Positions 25,105 through 34,317 of a stretch of DNA of 55,998 nt are shown here, one piece after another (the first letter of the stretch is position 1; every line of letters begins with the position of its first letter). The translations under genes were made by a program, and so were the position numbers. Source of the DNA: an uncultured bacterium (lineage in GTDB: Bacteria; Verrucomicrobiota; Kiritimatiellia; RFP12; UBA1067). Location: NCBI GenBank assembly GCA_902775595.1, contig CACYNF010000004.1, forward strand, positions 1-55,998, given 5' to 3'. The notes beneath the pieces are model-generated. The model had not been told where the DNA came from, made no database searches, and was given only the letters and a program-made list of their open reading frames with translations.

Positions 25105-27240
25105 GTGAAGAGGAAAATAGCTTTTCTTGCCTGCATCGTCGCCGCGCTCGCGGCGGTGTTTCTCGTCTGCTCGTGGATGTTTATCGACTGGGGCGACGAG
25201 GGGTCTGACGAATATCCCGGCGGCACGATACTTCGCGATTCGTCGGGGAGGATCCTGCGCGTTACGCTTGGGCCCGGCGATGTCGACTGCAGGCCGTTCT
25301 ACGCCGCCTCTCGCGACGACTGGATCGTAAAGGCGCTCGTCGCGGCCGAGGACAGCTCCTTCTGGTCGCATCGCGGCGTGAGGCCGATGAGCGTCCTCCG
25401 CGCGGCGTGGCAGAACATCAGTTGCAGGCGGCGCATCTCCGGCGCATCGACAATCACGATGCAGGCGGTCCGTCTCTTGAGGCCGCACCCGAAGAATCTC
25501 TGGTGGAAGTGGAAGGAGGCGGTCAAGGCCGCCAAGATGGAACGCGCGAAGCCGAAGCAGTGGATCATCTCCCAGTACCTGAACCGTGCTCCCTTCGGCT
25601 CCAACTTCGTCGGCATCGAGGCGGCTTCGCAGGGATGGTTCGGAAAGGGCGCGAAGGATCTTGGACTCGGCGAGGCCGCGATGCTCGCTGGGATGGTGCA
25701 GGCGCCGACGCGCTTCCGCCCCGACAGGTGGGGCAGCCCCGAGCGGCGCGCACAGGCGTTCAGGCGCCGCGACTATGTTCTCGAGAGGATGCGGGCGCTT
25801 GGATACATCACCGACGAGCAGCTCGAAGGCGCTCGCTCCGTCGAACCCGAGGTCCGCCGTGCGCCGCGTCCTTTCCTCGCGCCGCATTTCTGCGACTGGT
25901 ACATTTCCGAGCACGGCCTTCGCGGTGGGCGCGGAGGTGTCGACGTGACGACGGCGCTTGACGCCGACATCCAGCTTCTGTGCGAGCACGCCGTTTCGGA
26001 GGCGGCGGAGAAGGGCGGCTTTTCGTCTGCCGTCGTCGTGATGAAGCCCGCGACAGGCGAGATAGTCGCGATGGCCGTGAGCGGCGATTATTTCGACGGC
26101 AAGGACGGGCAGGTAAACACCGCCGTCTCGCCCCGCCCCGCCGGCTCGACATTGAAGCCGTTCCTCGTCGCGCTTGCGATGGAGCGGGGTCTTGCGACCC
26201 CAGACCGCCGCCTCGTCGACTCGCCCATCTCGTTCAAGGGCTACCGTCCAGCGAACTTCGATGGCAGGTATCGCGGCCTCGTCACTGTGCGCGACGCCCT
26301 TGTCCTCTCGCTCAATGTTCCGTTCGTCCGCCTTCTCGACGAAGTGGGGGTCGAGTCCTTTGCAGAGGAGCTTCGCGCCCTCGGCTTCGGCCGCGTTCCG
26401 GAGGATCCCGCGTCCTGCGGCCTTGGAATGGCTATCGGCAATGTCGAAGTCTCGCTTCTTGAGCTCGTCCGCGCATACGGCGTCCTTGCGCGCGGCGGCG
26501 ACGGAAGGTTCGCGCCTGCATGCGCCTACCTCGTTTCCGACATGCTTTCGGGCAACGAGCGCTCGCACGCGGCGTTCGGGCATATCGCGGATGTCGCGGT
26601 TCCGCGCTTCGCGTGGAAGACTGGCACGTCGAGCGCCTACCGCGACGCATGGACGGTCGCGTGGAATCCTGAGTTCGTCGTTGGTGTCTGGTGCGGGCAC
26701 AAGACGGGCGGCTTTGGCGACAAGAGCGTCGTAGGGGCGAAGGCCGCCGCGCCTGTCGCGTGGAGCATCGTGCGACAGCTCTATCCTGGCGGCACGGGTC
26801 CCTGGTTCGACGAGCCGGATGGCGTGGCGAAGTGCGTCGTCTGCAGGAAGACGGGGCTTCGCGCCTCGCCCGACTGCCCCGAGACGGAGGAGGGGAGGGC
26901 GGTCAGGGGCCGTAGTTCGCCGCAGCTTTGCAACGTCCATCGGCGGGGGCCCGACGGGAAGATGATCGAAGAGGGCCGTCCCCCGCTCTCGCTCGTGAAG
27001 CCCGAGGACGGCGCGCAGTTCCATCTCGTCGCAGGTTCCCTTGAGCAGCGAATCGTCTGCCAGGTCGGGGAAGTCCCGCCCGACACCCGGCTCTGGTGGT
27101 TTGTCGACGGTGCGCCAGTTGGCGAGACTGTCGGGCGCGGCGCATTTGCCGCGGAGATGGCGCAGGGCGAGCATGTCATCACGTGCGCCGCCGAATCCGG
27201 CGACGCCGTTTCGGTCACCGTGACCGTCCTTGTCGATTAG
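25105..27240 (+). CDS. pbpC: Penicillin-binding protein 1C (transglycosylase-transpeptidase)
   Basis: AEDSSF..H.G, GASTITMQ, GSTLKPF (SxxK), SLN, KTGT, C-terminal LWWFVDG domain. Confidence 0.92.
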   Translation: MKRKIAFLACIVAALAAVFLVCSWMFIDWGDEGSDEYPGGTILRDSSGRILRVTLGPGDVDCRPFYAASRDDWIVKALVAAEDSSFWSHRGVRPMSVLRAAWQNISCRRRISGASTITMQAVRLLRPHPKNLWWKWKEAVKAAKMERAKPKQWIISQYLNRAPFGSNFVGIEAASQGWFGKGAKDLGLGEAAMLAGMVQAPTRFRPDRWGSPERRAQAFRRRDYVLERMRALGYITDEQLEGARSVEPEVRRAPRPFLAPHFCDWYISEHGLRGGRGGVDVTTALDADIQLLCEHAVSEAAEKGGFSSAVVVMKPATGEIVAMAVSGDYFDGKDGQVNTAVSPRPAGSTLKPFLVALAMERGLATPDRRLVDSPISFKGYRPANFDGRYRGLVTVRDALVLSLNVPFVRLLDEVGVESFAEELRALGFGRVPEDPASCGLGMAIGNVEVSLLELVRAYGVLARGGDGRFAPACAYLVSDMLSGNERSHAAFGHIADVAVPRFAWKTGTSSAYRDAWTVAWNPEFVVGVWCGHKTGGFGDKSVVGAKAAAPVAWSIVRQLYPGGTGPWFDEPDGVAKCVVCRKTGLRASPDCPETEEGRAVRGRSSPQLCNVHRRGPDGKMIEEGRPPLSLVKPEDGAQFHLVAGSLEQRIVCQVGEVPPDTRLWWFVDGAPVGETVGRGAFAAEMAQGEHVITCAAESGDAVSVTVTVLVD

Positions 27241-27280
27241 CCGCGGCGGACCGAAGGGAATTTGGTATAATATCCGCCAC

Positions 27281-28039
27281 ATGAGAATCGTAGTGAAAGT
27301 TGGAACGCATGCGATCGCGAACAAGGCCGGGAAGCCCGACCATGCGGCGCTTAAGCGTCTTGTCGCGCAGTTGAGCTCGCTGAGGAAGTCCGGGCACGAG
27401 GTGTTCTTCGTCTCGTCTGGCGCTGTCGCCGCAGGCGTCGAGGCGCTTGGGCTCAAGTCGAGGCCATCGGACGTGAACGACGTCCAGATGTGCGCAGCCG
27501 TCGGGCAGGCGCGGTTCATCTACGAGTACGAGCGGCTTTTCGGCGGCCACGGCGTGAAGATCGGCCAGGTGCTTCTCACCCATTTCGATTTCGAGGACCA
27601 CCACCGGGCGCAGAACGTCAGGAAGTCGCTCGACCACCTCGTGCGGTCTGGGATCGTGCCAATCATAAACGAGAACGACGTCGTCGCGGATGAGGAGCTG
27701 AAGGGAAAGACGTTCGGCGACAACGACTGGCTGTCGTTCCTCATCGCGCGGCTCGTTAAGGCCGATGTGCTTGTCCTTCTCACGACCGTCGACGGACTTC
27801 TTGACGCGCATGGCAAGAAGATTGCACGCGTCGAGAGCTTCCGCAACATCGCGCGGCTTGTTCGCGCCGGCGAGAAGGGCTCGCTCTCGAAGGGTGGCAT
27901 GGACTCGAAGCTCAGGGCGGTCAAGGCCGCGGTCGCATCGGGCATAGACACCTACATCGCGAACGGGCGCAAGAGCGTACTCGCGCCTCTCCTTGCGGGG
28001 AAGCCCGTTGGGACTTTCTTCCCCGGCTCGGCGCTGTAA
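27281..28039 (+). CDS. proB: Glutamate 5-kinase (no PUA domain)
   Basis: IVVKVGT, VSSGAVAAG, PIINEND, FGDND, GGMDSKL. Confidence 0.95.
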   Translation: MRIVVKVGTHAIANKAGKPDHAALKRLVAQLSSLRKSGHEVFFVSSGAVAAGVEALGLKSRPSDVNDVQMCAAVGQARFIYEYERLFGGHGVKIGQVLLTHFDFEDHHRAQNVRKSLDHLVRSGIVPIINENDVVADEELKGKTFGDNDWLSFLIARLVKADVLVLLTTVDGLLDAHGKKIARVESFRNIARLVRAGEKGSLSKGGMDSKLRAVKAAVASGIDTYIANGRKSVLAPLLAGKPVGTFFPGSAL

Positions 28040-28058
28040 TCCGCTTCGAGGTGTCGGC

Positions 28059-28391
28059 ATGACGCTCAAACTCAACGGAATAGACGTCGACTGCGTGATC
28101 GGGGAGCGCCCCGACGAGCGCACTCGGCTTCAGACGCTGCGCGTCGACGTAGAGCTCGAGATTTCGGACGTTGCAGCCGATTCCGATTCGCTCTCCGACA
28201 CCGTGGACTACGCGGCGCTGACGGAGAGGATCCGCGCTGCGCTTGCATCTGCGAAGTGTCGCATGATCGAGCGCGCGGCGAAGATTGTGAAGGACGTCTG
28301 CCTTTCCGACGCGAAGGTGCGCGCGGCGAAGGTCTCCGTCACGAAGTCCGGCGCGGTTCCGCATCTCGAGTCGGCACAGGCGGTCTTGTGA
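28059..28391 (+). CDS. folB: Dihydroneopterin aldolase
   Basis: IG...ER...Q.LRVD, SDSLSDTVDY, MIER, VSVTK. Confidence 0.88.
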   Translation: MTLKLNGIDVDCVIGERPDERTRLQTLRVDVELEISDVAADSDSLSDTVDYAALTERIRAALASAKCRMIERAAKIVKDVCLSDAKVRAAKVSVTKSGAVPHLESAQAVL

Positions 28392-28411
28392 ACGCATGCG
28401 GGAGGAAGACG

Positions 28412-29035
28412 ATGAAGATAAGTGCAGTGATTTTTGACTTTGGCGGCGTGATGACGACTTCGACGATGCCTCAGCGCGTGATTGCGCTGGCGAAGGAGAA
28501 GTGCATCGACTGGAACGTGTTTGTCGACGGGTTCAACGCGCACCGCCTCGACTACGACGCCGGGCACATCACGCTTGGCGAGATGTACGCGCTTATATGG
28601 AGCGATGCGGGGCTTTCCGTCTCGGACGAGACGACTGCCGCGTTCATGAAGGCGGACGACGAAAGCTGGTGCTACCGCAACGAGAGGACGCTTGAGTGGA
28701 TGAAGGCGCTTAAGGGCCGCGGCTTCAGGATCGGCATTCTCACGAACATGGCGCCAAAGTTCGCTCGCGAGCATTTCAGGTCGCGCTTCGCCGACTTCAT
28801 CGCGCTTGCCGACGCGATGGTGATTTCGGGAGACGAGGGGATGGTGAAGCCGCAGAGGGAGATATACGACCTACTTCGTTCGCGCATCGGCCTTCCCGCC
28901 GAGGAGCTTTGCTTCATAGACGACGTCGAGAAGAACGTCAACGGATCTCGTGCGGCCGGCTGGAACGCCATCCGCTTCGTCTCGAATGACCAGGTCGAAG
29001 CAGACTTCGAGAAGTTCATCCTCGAATCCAATTGA
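28412..29035 (+). CDS. HAD-superfamily hydrolase
   Basis: IFDFGGV, LTN, KPQREIY, FIDD..N. Confidence 0.92.
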   Translation: MKISAVIFDFGGVMTTSTMPQRVIALAKEKCIDWNVFVDGFNAHRLDYDAGHITLGEMYALIWSDAGLSVSDETTAAFMKADDESWCYRNERTLEWMKALKGRGFRIGILTNMAPKFAREHFRSRFADFIALADAMVISGDEGMVKPQREIYDLLRSRIGLPAEELCFIDDVEKNVNGSRAAGWNAIRFVSNDQVEADFEKFILESN

Positions 29036-29080
29036 TAAGTGCCGATGGCAAGGCAAGTCCAGCCCAGGGAATTTAAAGGC

Positions 29081-30235
29081 ATGGAAAATCGTTTGCTTAA
29101 GATAGCCGGCAACCGACTTGTCTTTGTCGTGATCGCGTGGGTTGTTTCGCTTTTAGTGACGGCATGCGTGTTGCCGCAGGCGTTTGGAAGCTGGAGTGAG
29201 GCTGCGACGATGGCGGCGGCGGCTTTTCTGATGCTTGTGTTTGGCCCATATCTTCTTGTAGTCGGACTTTGCGGCGGAATGGTTGGCGATGTCGGCTGGG
29301 GGCTTGTGGCGATGGTGCCGTTTGTTGTTGCGCAGGTCGCGTTTCTGTGGCTTCTTTCGGGGAAGACATCGCTATGGCGGCGCCTCGGGCGCTTAGGTCG
29401 GCCAGCGCGGTGCATCGCCGTTACCGCTCTCGCGATTCTCTCGATAGTCGGCGTCTGGAGTTCGCTCCCGTGCGTCGATACGTACAAGGTTGCAGTAGGC
29501 GGCGATAAGATAAAGGGAGAGCCGCTTCGCTTTGTCGTCATTTCCGACTTGCACTCGTGCTACTATGGCTACAAGCAGCGCACGCTCGTGGACGCAGTCT
29601 TGCGTGAGCGTCCAGACGCCGTTCTGCTCGTCGGCGATATTGCGGACGACCGGCTTGCAGACAATAACGCAGCGATCCTCATCTGCCAGCTTGCTAAGCA
29701 ATTCCCCTGCATCTATGTCTCCGGCAACCACGAATACTGGAGCGAGCGCGTGGACGAGATAAAGGCCTGGATCCGCGGCTATGGTGCGACGGTGCTGGAG
29801 GGCGATGTACGCACGGTTGAGATAAAGGGAACGATGGTCGATTTCTGCGGCATCGACGACCCGACCTACATCCTTGGTTCGTGGTTCGGGCAGCTTAAGA
29901 CCGTTCACGAGAAGTCGGACCCAAAACACCTGCGAATTCTTCTTTCGCATAGACCCGAGTGCGCCGACATCTATGCGAGGTATGACTTTGATCTTGTCGT
30001 CGCAGGTCATTTACATGGTGGACAGTTGCGCTTGCCTTGGTTAGATGTAGGGCTCTACGGCCCGGCATGGGGCTATCGCCAGTTCTTCCCGCGGTATTCT
30101 GACGGCGTCTATGCGCTCAACGACAATACGCGCCTCGTCGTCTCGCGCGGTCTTGCCCGCGAATCTACGCCCTTGCCGCGTTTCTTCAACCATCCCGAAA
30201 TACTGGTGTTGGAAGTCGCCTCTGCGCCCCAATGA
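29081..30235 (+). CDS. Membrane-anchored metallophosphoesterase
   Basis: SDLH, GDIAD, GNHE, LSH, GHLHGGQ, VSRGL; N-terminal TMs. Confidence 0.9.
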   Translation: MENRLLKIAGNRLVFVVIAWVVSLLVTACVLPQAFGSWSEAATMAAAAFLMLVFGPYLLVVGLCGGMVGDVGWGLVAMVPFVVAQVAFLWLLSGKTSLWRRLGRLGRPARCIAVTALAILSIVGVWSSLPCVDTYKVAVGGDKIKGEPLRFVVISDLHSCYYGYKQRTLVDAVLRERPDAVLLVGDIADDRLADNNAAILICQLAKQFPCIYVSGNHEYWSERVDEIKAWIRGYGATVLEGDVRTVEIKGTMVDFCGIDDPTYILGSWFGQLKTVHEKSDPKHLRILLSHRPECADIYARYDFDLVVAGHLHGGQLRLPWLDVGLYGPAWGYRQFFPRYSDGVYALNDNTRLVVSRGLARESTPLPRFFNHPEILVLEVASAPQ

Positions 30236-30264
30236 TCTTCAATTTTTGATAAACTCTTCTTGAA

Positions 30265-31302
30265 ATGAAAAAGCCGGTGCCAGTCAAAATCGTCGAAGCC
30301 ATCGGGTGGGTATATATAGCGCTCGCGGTTTTACTGTTGTTTCGCGCCGTCATTGAGCTTCCCAGTGTGCCGGCGACAGAAAGCATCTGCATCGGTATAT
30401 GCTTCCTTGTTCCGACTTTGCTGGCCGTCGGGATGCTCGTTTCTCTACGACGTAGGCGACGTGGATGGTTTGTTGTGCCGAACACGATGTTGCTTTCTCT
30501 ATTGGTGGCGGGGTTGGCTTTGGATTCACTTGACCATGCTTCTGATGGATTGGTTATGGCGAGTGTTGTTTCGTCGCTTTTTCTTGTCGTTCCACTTGTG
30601 CTGCTCTATTTGCCGTCGTCTACCCTGTGGTTTAAGGAAAAGACGGCAGTGGCGGCTGAATCTAATGGGTGCCTGTCCTGTTTGGTTGCTTTCGCGACAT
30701 TTCTCATTACGGTTGCTTTGTTTGCGATAGTGTTTTCACCGGCAAGAGGTCGTATGATTCCCGGTATGGCGAATGTAATTTTGACGCAAGGCAAGGATTT
30801 GTCCTTGTGCATGGCGTATAACAATACGGCTCATGAGTCTGGCGAGGAATGGCTCGACATATTCAGTTGCACGAATTCGACGCAGTTTGTGCTGCTGTTG
30901 CGAGAGAAGTACGGTAAGGAACTTCGTAATGGGAACATCTATACGAATATCTGGTGCATAGCCGTCAATCCACCAGCTGATGATTCTTTTCCGCTGCTCT
31001 TCACATGCAACATCGATCCACGCGAACTCCTGTCACAGACGGAAGTGGATCGCAGTTTGACATTGACTTGCCCGAAGACATGGGGTGGAACCTGTTTAAG
31101 AATTTGCAAAAAGATGGCAGTGATTGTCCGTGCCGGCGGTGCTGCCCAGATAGAGAGAAACATATACCTTAGCCCGAATCGGATTTTCCCCGACGGCATC
31201 CCCAAGCCAAACCCCGACACCTACTTCCTGACCCCGACCGGTCGAGTGGATCTTGTTGAAAGGCAAGCGCAGTCGGGGACAGGCCCCGCGAAACCGTTGT
31301 AA
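30265..31302 (+). CDS. Membrane hypothetical protein
   Basis: ~5 TM helices plus soluble C-terminal domain; its 3' end includes a REP-like sequence (31275-31293). Confidence 0.7.
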   Translation: MKKPVPVKIVEAIGWVYIALAVLLLFRAVIELPSVPATESICIGICFLVPTLLAVGMLVSLRRRRRGWFVVPNTMLLSLLVAGLALDSLDHASDGLVMASVVSSLFLVVPLVLLYLPSSTLWFKEKTAVAAESNGCLSCLVAFATFLITVALFAIVFSPARGRMIPGMANVILTQGKDLSLCMAYNNTAHESGEEWLDIFSCTNSTQFVLLLREKYGKELRNGNIYTNIWCIAVNPPADDSFPLLFTCNIDPRELLSQTEVDRSLTLTCPKTWGGTCLRICKKMAVIVRAGGAAQIERNIYLSPNRIFPDGIPKPNPDTYFLTPTGRVDLVERQAQSGTGPAKPL

Positions 31303-31329
31303 AAGGCCTGTTTTCGCACGAAAAATCGT

Positions 31330-31786
31330 TTGGAGGTTCCCCAATTTTTCGGGCATGAAAACGGCCACACCCCAGTAAACAAAGGGTGAAGTGGCAATTT
31401 TCATTTTGCGTTAAGTGAAAATCCACTTCCGGTTTGTAATTGAACTCCGAGCGTTTGGGCTCTCGCGCGTGCCCTTGCGGCCGCTTCGCGGCTCGGGCTT
31501 CGCCCTCGGCCAACCCGACGCCTTCGGCGCGGGCGCATTCCCGCTTCGCCGCTTCGCACCATACAACGGCTATACATGTGCCGGTTGAAGTGTTTTTGGA
31601 TGCGGCTGTGCCGCATAAATCGGCCGAAGGCCGCTATAATCACTGCAAAACAGCGTCTCCTGATTATGGTTGAAAAGTGCGAAGCCGTGGAGCGGTAGCG
31701 AGAACATCAACCGTCGGAGTTTTTCCAAAACCGCGCAGAGGGTCGCAAAGGTTCGGCAGCCCAAAGTAAAATTGGGGAACCCCCAA
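31330..31786. mobile_element. MITE-like non-autonomous element (457 bp)
   Basis: 19-bp terminal inverted repeats ttggRggttccccaatttt (18/19 match); 9-bp target duplication AAAAATCGT at 31321-31329 and 31787-31795; no transposase ORF. Confidence 0.85.
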
Positions 31787-31833
31787 AAAAATCGTTGAGC
31801 GCAGCCAGTCAATGAGTTTGGTATAATATTACC

Positions 31834-32298
31834 ATGAAAATATCATTTTTGCGTGTTGCGGTCTGCGCGGTTGTCGGAACGATTGTGATAGGTGCGCTTA
31901 TTGCGTGCCTTTTTCTGCGCTCGCGGACGACCGGCGTCGACACTTCGACCGTTCGCAAGGAACTTCGCTTCTACCGCTCCGGCACGGAGTGGTTCGCGGA
32001 TGTTCCGCAGCATACCAGGGCCGAGAACCAGATGGTTGCCGGCGCGGACACGCTGCTGGAAGAAGTCTCCGATGGTGCCGACGAAGTGTTTGTAGTGTTG
32101 TCGTCGGACATTCCAGATCCTGGCGAATGGAAACTTCATCTCCACCTGGTAGAGCACGACAAGTTCGGCGCGACCTACAAGGTCAAGGCCGCCGGACAGG
32201 ATGGCGTCCAGATCGCTTGGCTCTGCAATGTCATGCACACCGTCTTCGGCGGCGAGCATCCGACAGACATCTACATCCACTCGATTTCCACTAAATGA
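31834..32298 (+). CDS. Hypothetical protein (DUF6717-like)
   Basis: LRFYR...WFADVP...MVAGADTLL...WLCNV..VFG pattern; N-terminal TM. Confidence 0.6.
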   Translation: MKISFLRVAVCAVVGTIVIGALIACLFLRSRTTGVDTSTVRKELRFYRSGTEWFADVPQHTRAENQMVAGADTLLEEVSDGADEVFVVLSSDIPDPGEWKLHLHLVEHDKFGATYKVKAAGQDGVQIAWLCNVMHTVFGGEHPTDIYIHSISTK

Positions 32299-32312
32299 CA
32301 TAAAGGAGCGAC

Positions 32313-33224
32313 ATGGCGACAGAAAACGACGACGGAAAAGAGGTGTCCCCCCAGCGGAGCAAAGGCGGCGCGCGGCGCTGGTATGGCGCGGCGCGAGGGA
32401 TGGCGATCGCTTTCCCAATCGTTTTTCTGCTGCCTGGCTTTGCGTTTTCCTATCTCCCGCTTGGTGCTGCGGTTGTCTCTGCGCTGATTGGCTGGATGGT
32501 TCCCGGTCGGCCTCATACCGTAAAAAACGCATGGAGGACGGTTGGCGAGTCGTTTGTATGGCTCGCTGCGGCTCTTCACCTTGCTCTGGTGGCGCTTTGG
32601 TTGTATCTAGCCACGGGACTTTTCGGGTTTCTGATCGACAAGAATTTCAGGTCTGCCGTTAAGGATGCTGACCGTATCGTCATACGCGACGGAGGAGGGC
32701 TCTGCCATTCCAAGCCAGACAAGGAGCCCTCGCTCTTTGAAATCACCAACAAGGCGGAGATCGCAGCGTTTAACGACATGTTCAAGTTCTCTGGTCGAAC
32801 AATGTCTTGCAAGTGCTGTGGTTATCCGGGTATAGACTGGTGGCGCGACGGTCAGTGCGTCGTTGTATCCGCGCTCCATCATGGACATGCGCTGCGCATT
32901 AGCGGCATAGGCGGAGACCTGCGCTTCACCATCGAATCGAGGCGTCGCGTTCAGGAGTGGCTCGAAACGCATTGCGGGCTTACTCCTGGCGACAATTCGC
33001 CGCGGTATCGTCGATGCATAATGGCTCGTGCGAGAATTGAGAGTGAGGTGCTTGATTTGGCGAAGACTAATGATAGCAAGAAGCCGACGATGGACGACCT
33101 TCGCGATGAGTTCAAGAAGAATGGCAAGGAGTTTCCGGCGTGTCCGGCCGGCGGCGAGTATTCGCTCACCTACGGCGAAGACGGAAAGCCAGTGGTTAAA
33201 TGCTCAGCTCCGCGCCACGATTAG
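32313..33224 (+). CDS. Membrane hypothetical protein with Cys-containing C-terminus
   Basis: AAGGAG RBS; 3 TMs; CPAGGEYSL...VKCS..H tail. Confidence 0.7.
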   Translation: MATENDDGKEVSPQRSKGGARRWYGAARGMAIAFPIVFLLPGFAFSYLPLGAAVVSALIGWMVPGRPHTVKNAWRTVGESFVWLAAALHLALVALWLYLATGLFGFLIDKNFRSAVKDADRIVIRDGGGLCHSKPDKEPSLFEITNKAEIAAFNDMFKFSGRTMSCKCCGYPGIDWWRDGQCVVVSALHHGHALRISGIGGDLRFTIESRRRVQEWLETHCGLTPGDNSPRYRRCIMARARIESEVLDLAKTNDSKKPTMDDLRDEFKKNGKEFPACPAGGEYSLTYGEDGKPVVKCSAPRHD

Positions 33225-33252
33225 GCCTGATGTGCTGTGATATAATATCGGC

Positions 33253-33843
33253 ATGGGGATGTTGCGAGAGGAAAATAAGGCGAGTGGGAAGCAGACGCTG
33301 CTCCATGTCTGCTGCGGGCCGTGCGCGAGCGCGTGCGTGCCGCGGCTAAAGGACGAGGGGCGGGAAGTGACGATGCTTTTCGCCAACTCCAACATCGACA
33401 CCGCCGAGGAGTTCGAGCACAGGCGCGCCGAGGCCGAGCGGCTCGCAGCCCACGACGGCGTTGCGTTTGCCTCGCTCCCCTACGACCACGCCGACTGGCT
33501 CGAGAAGGTCGCAAAGGGCTTCGAGGATGCGCCCGAGAAGGGCGAGAGGTGCGCGAGATGCTTTCGCTACAATCTTGGCAAGGCGGCGGAATGGGCGGCC
33601 GCGCACGGGTTCGACTCGTTCACCACCTCGCTTACCGTCTCGCCGCACAAGCCAAGCGAGGTTGTTTTTTCTGCAGGGCGCGAGGCCGCGGAGAAGGGCG
33701 GCGCCGGCTTTCTTCCCGAGGACTTCAAGAAGCGCGAGGGCTTCAAGCTCTCCGTCGCGCGCGCGAAGGAGCTCGGGCTCTACCGCCAGTCCTATTGCGG
33801 CTGCGAGTTTTCGCGTCGCGGAACTCGGCCGGCTGTGGTATAA
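33253..33843 (+). CDS. queH: Epoxyqueuosine reductase QueH
   Basis: [37 protein letters not shown]. Confidence 0.9.
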   Translation: MGMLREENKASGKQTLLHVCCGPCASACVPRLKDEGREVTMLFANSNIDTAEEFEHRRAEAERLAAHDGVAFASLPYDHADWLEKVAKGFEDAPEKGERCARCFRYNLGKAAEWAAAHGFDSFTTSLTVSPHKPSEVVFSAGREAAEKGGAGFLPEDFKKREGFKLSVARAKELGLYRQSYCGCEFSRRGTRPAVV

Positions 33844-33851
33844 TATCGGGC

Positions 33852-34316
33852 ATGAGAAAAGACCTTGAGAAGCTCAACGCCCTCGGCCGCTCCGTCGCCG
33901 CGCCGAAGGACTACGATCCGGCCGTTCTCGACGCGTTCGAAAATCGCCACCCCGGGCGCGACTACTGGGTGACTTTCACCGCGCCCGAGTTCACGACTCT
34001 CTGCCCGAAGACCGGCCAGCCCGACTTCGCGATGCTTACGATCCGCTACATCCCCGCGAAGAAGCTCGTCGAGTCGAAGTCGCTGAAACTCTACCTCTTT
34101 GGCTTCCGCAACCACGGCGACTTCCACGAGGATGTCGTGAATGTCATATACGACGATCTCGTAACGCTCCTTAAGCCGAAGTACATGGAAGTCTACGGCA
34201 AGTTCGCCGCGCGCGGCGGCATCACCATCGATCCGTTCGTGAACGGCGGTGTCGGCGCGAAGTACAAGGCGCTCGCGGCAAAGCGCTTCGAGAGCTGGTC
34301 TGGCGTGCGCGGCTGA
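33852..34316 (+). CDS. queF: preQ0 reductase QueF
   Basis: [32 protein letters not shown]. Confidence 0.95.
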   Translation: MRKDLEKLNALGRSVAAPKDYDPAVLDAFENRHPGRDYWVTFTAPEFTTLCPKTGQPDFAMLTIRYIPAKKLVESKSLKLYLFGFRNHGDFHEDVVNVIYDDLVTLLKPKYMEVYGKFAARGGITIDPFVNGGVGAKYKALAAKRFESWSGVRG

Positions 34317-34317
34317 T

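Noticed and set aside
24979-27519. 846-aa minus-strand ORF
   Set aside because: Antisense shadow of pbpC/proB in high-GC sequence; no recognisable motifs.
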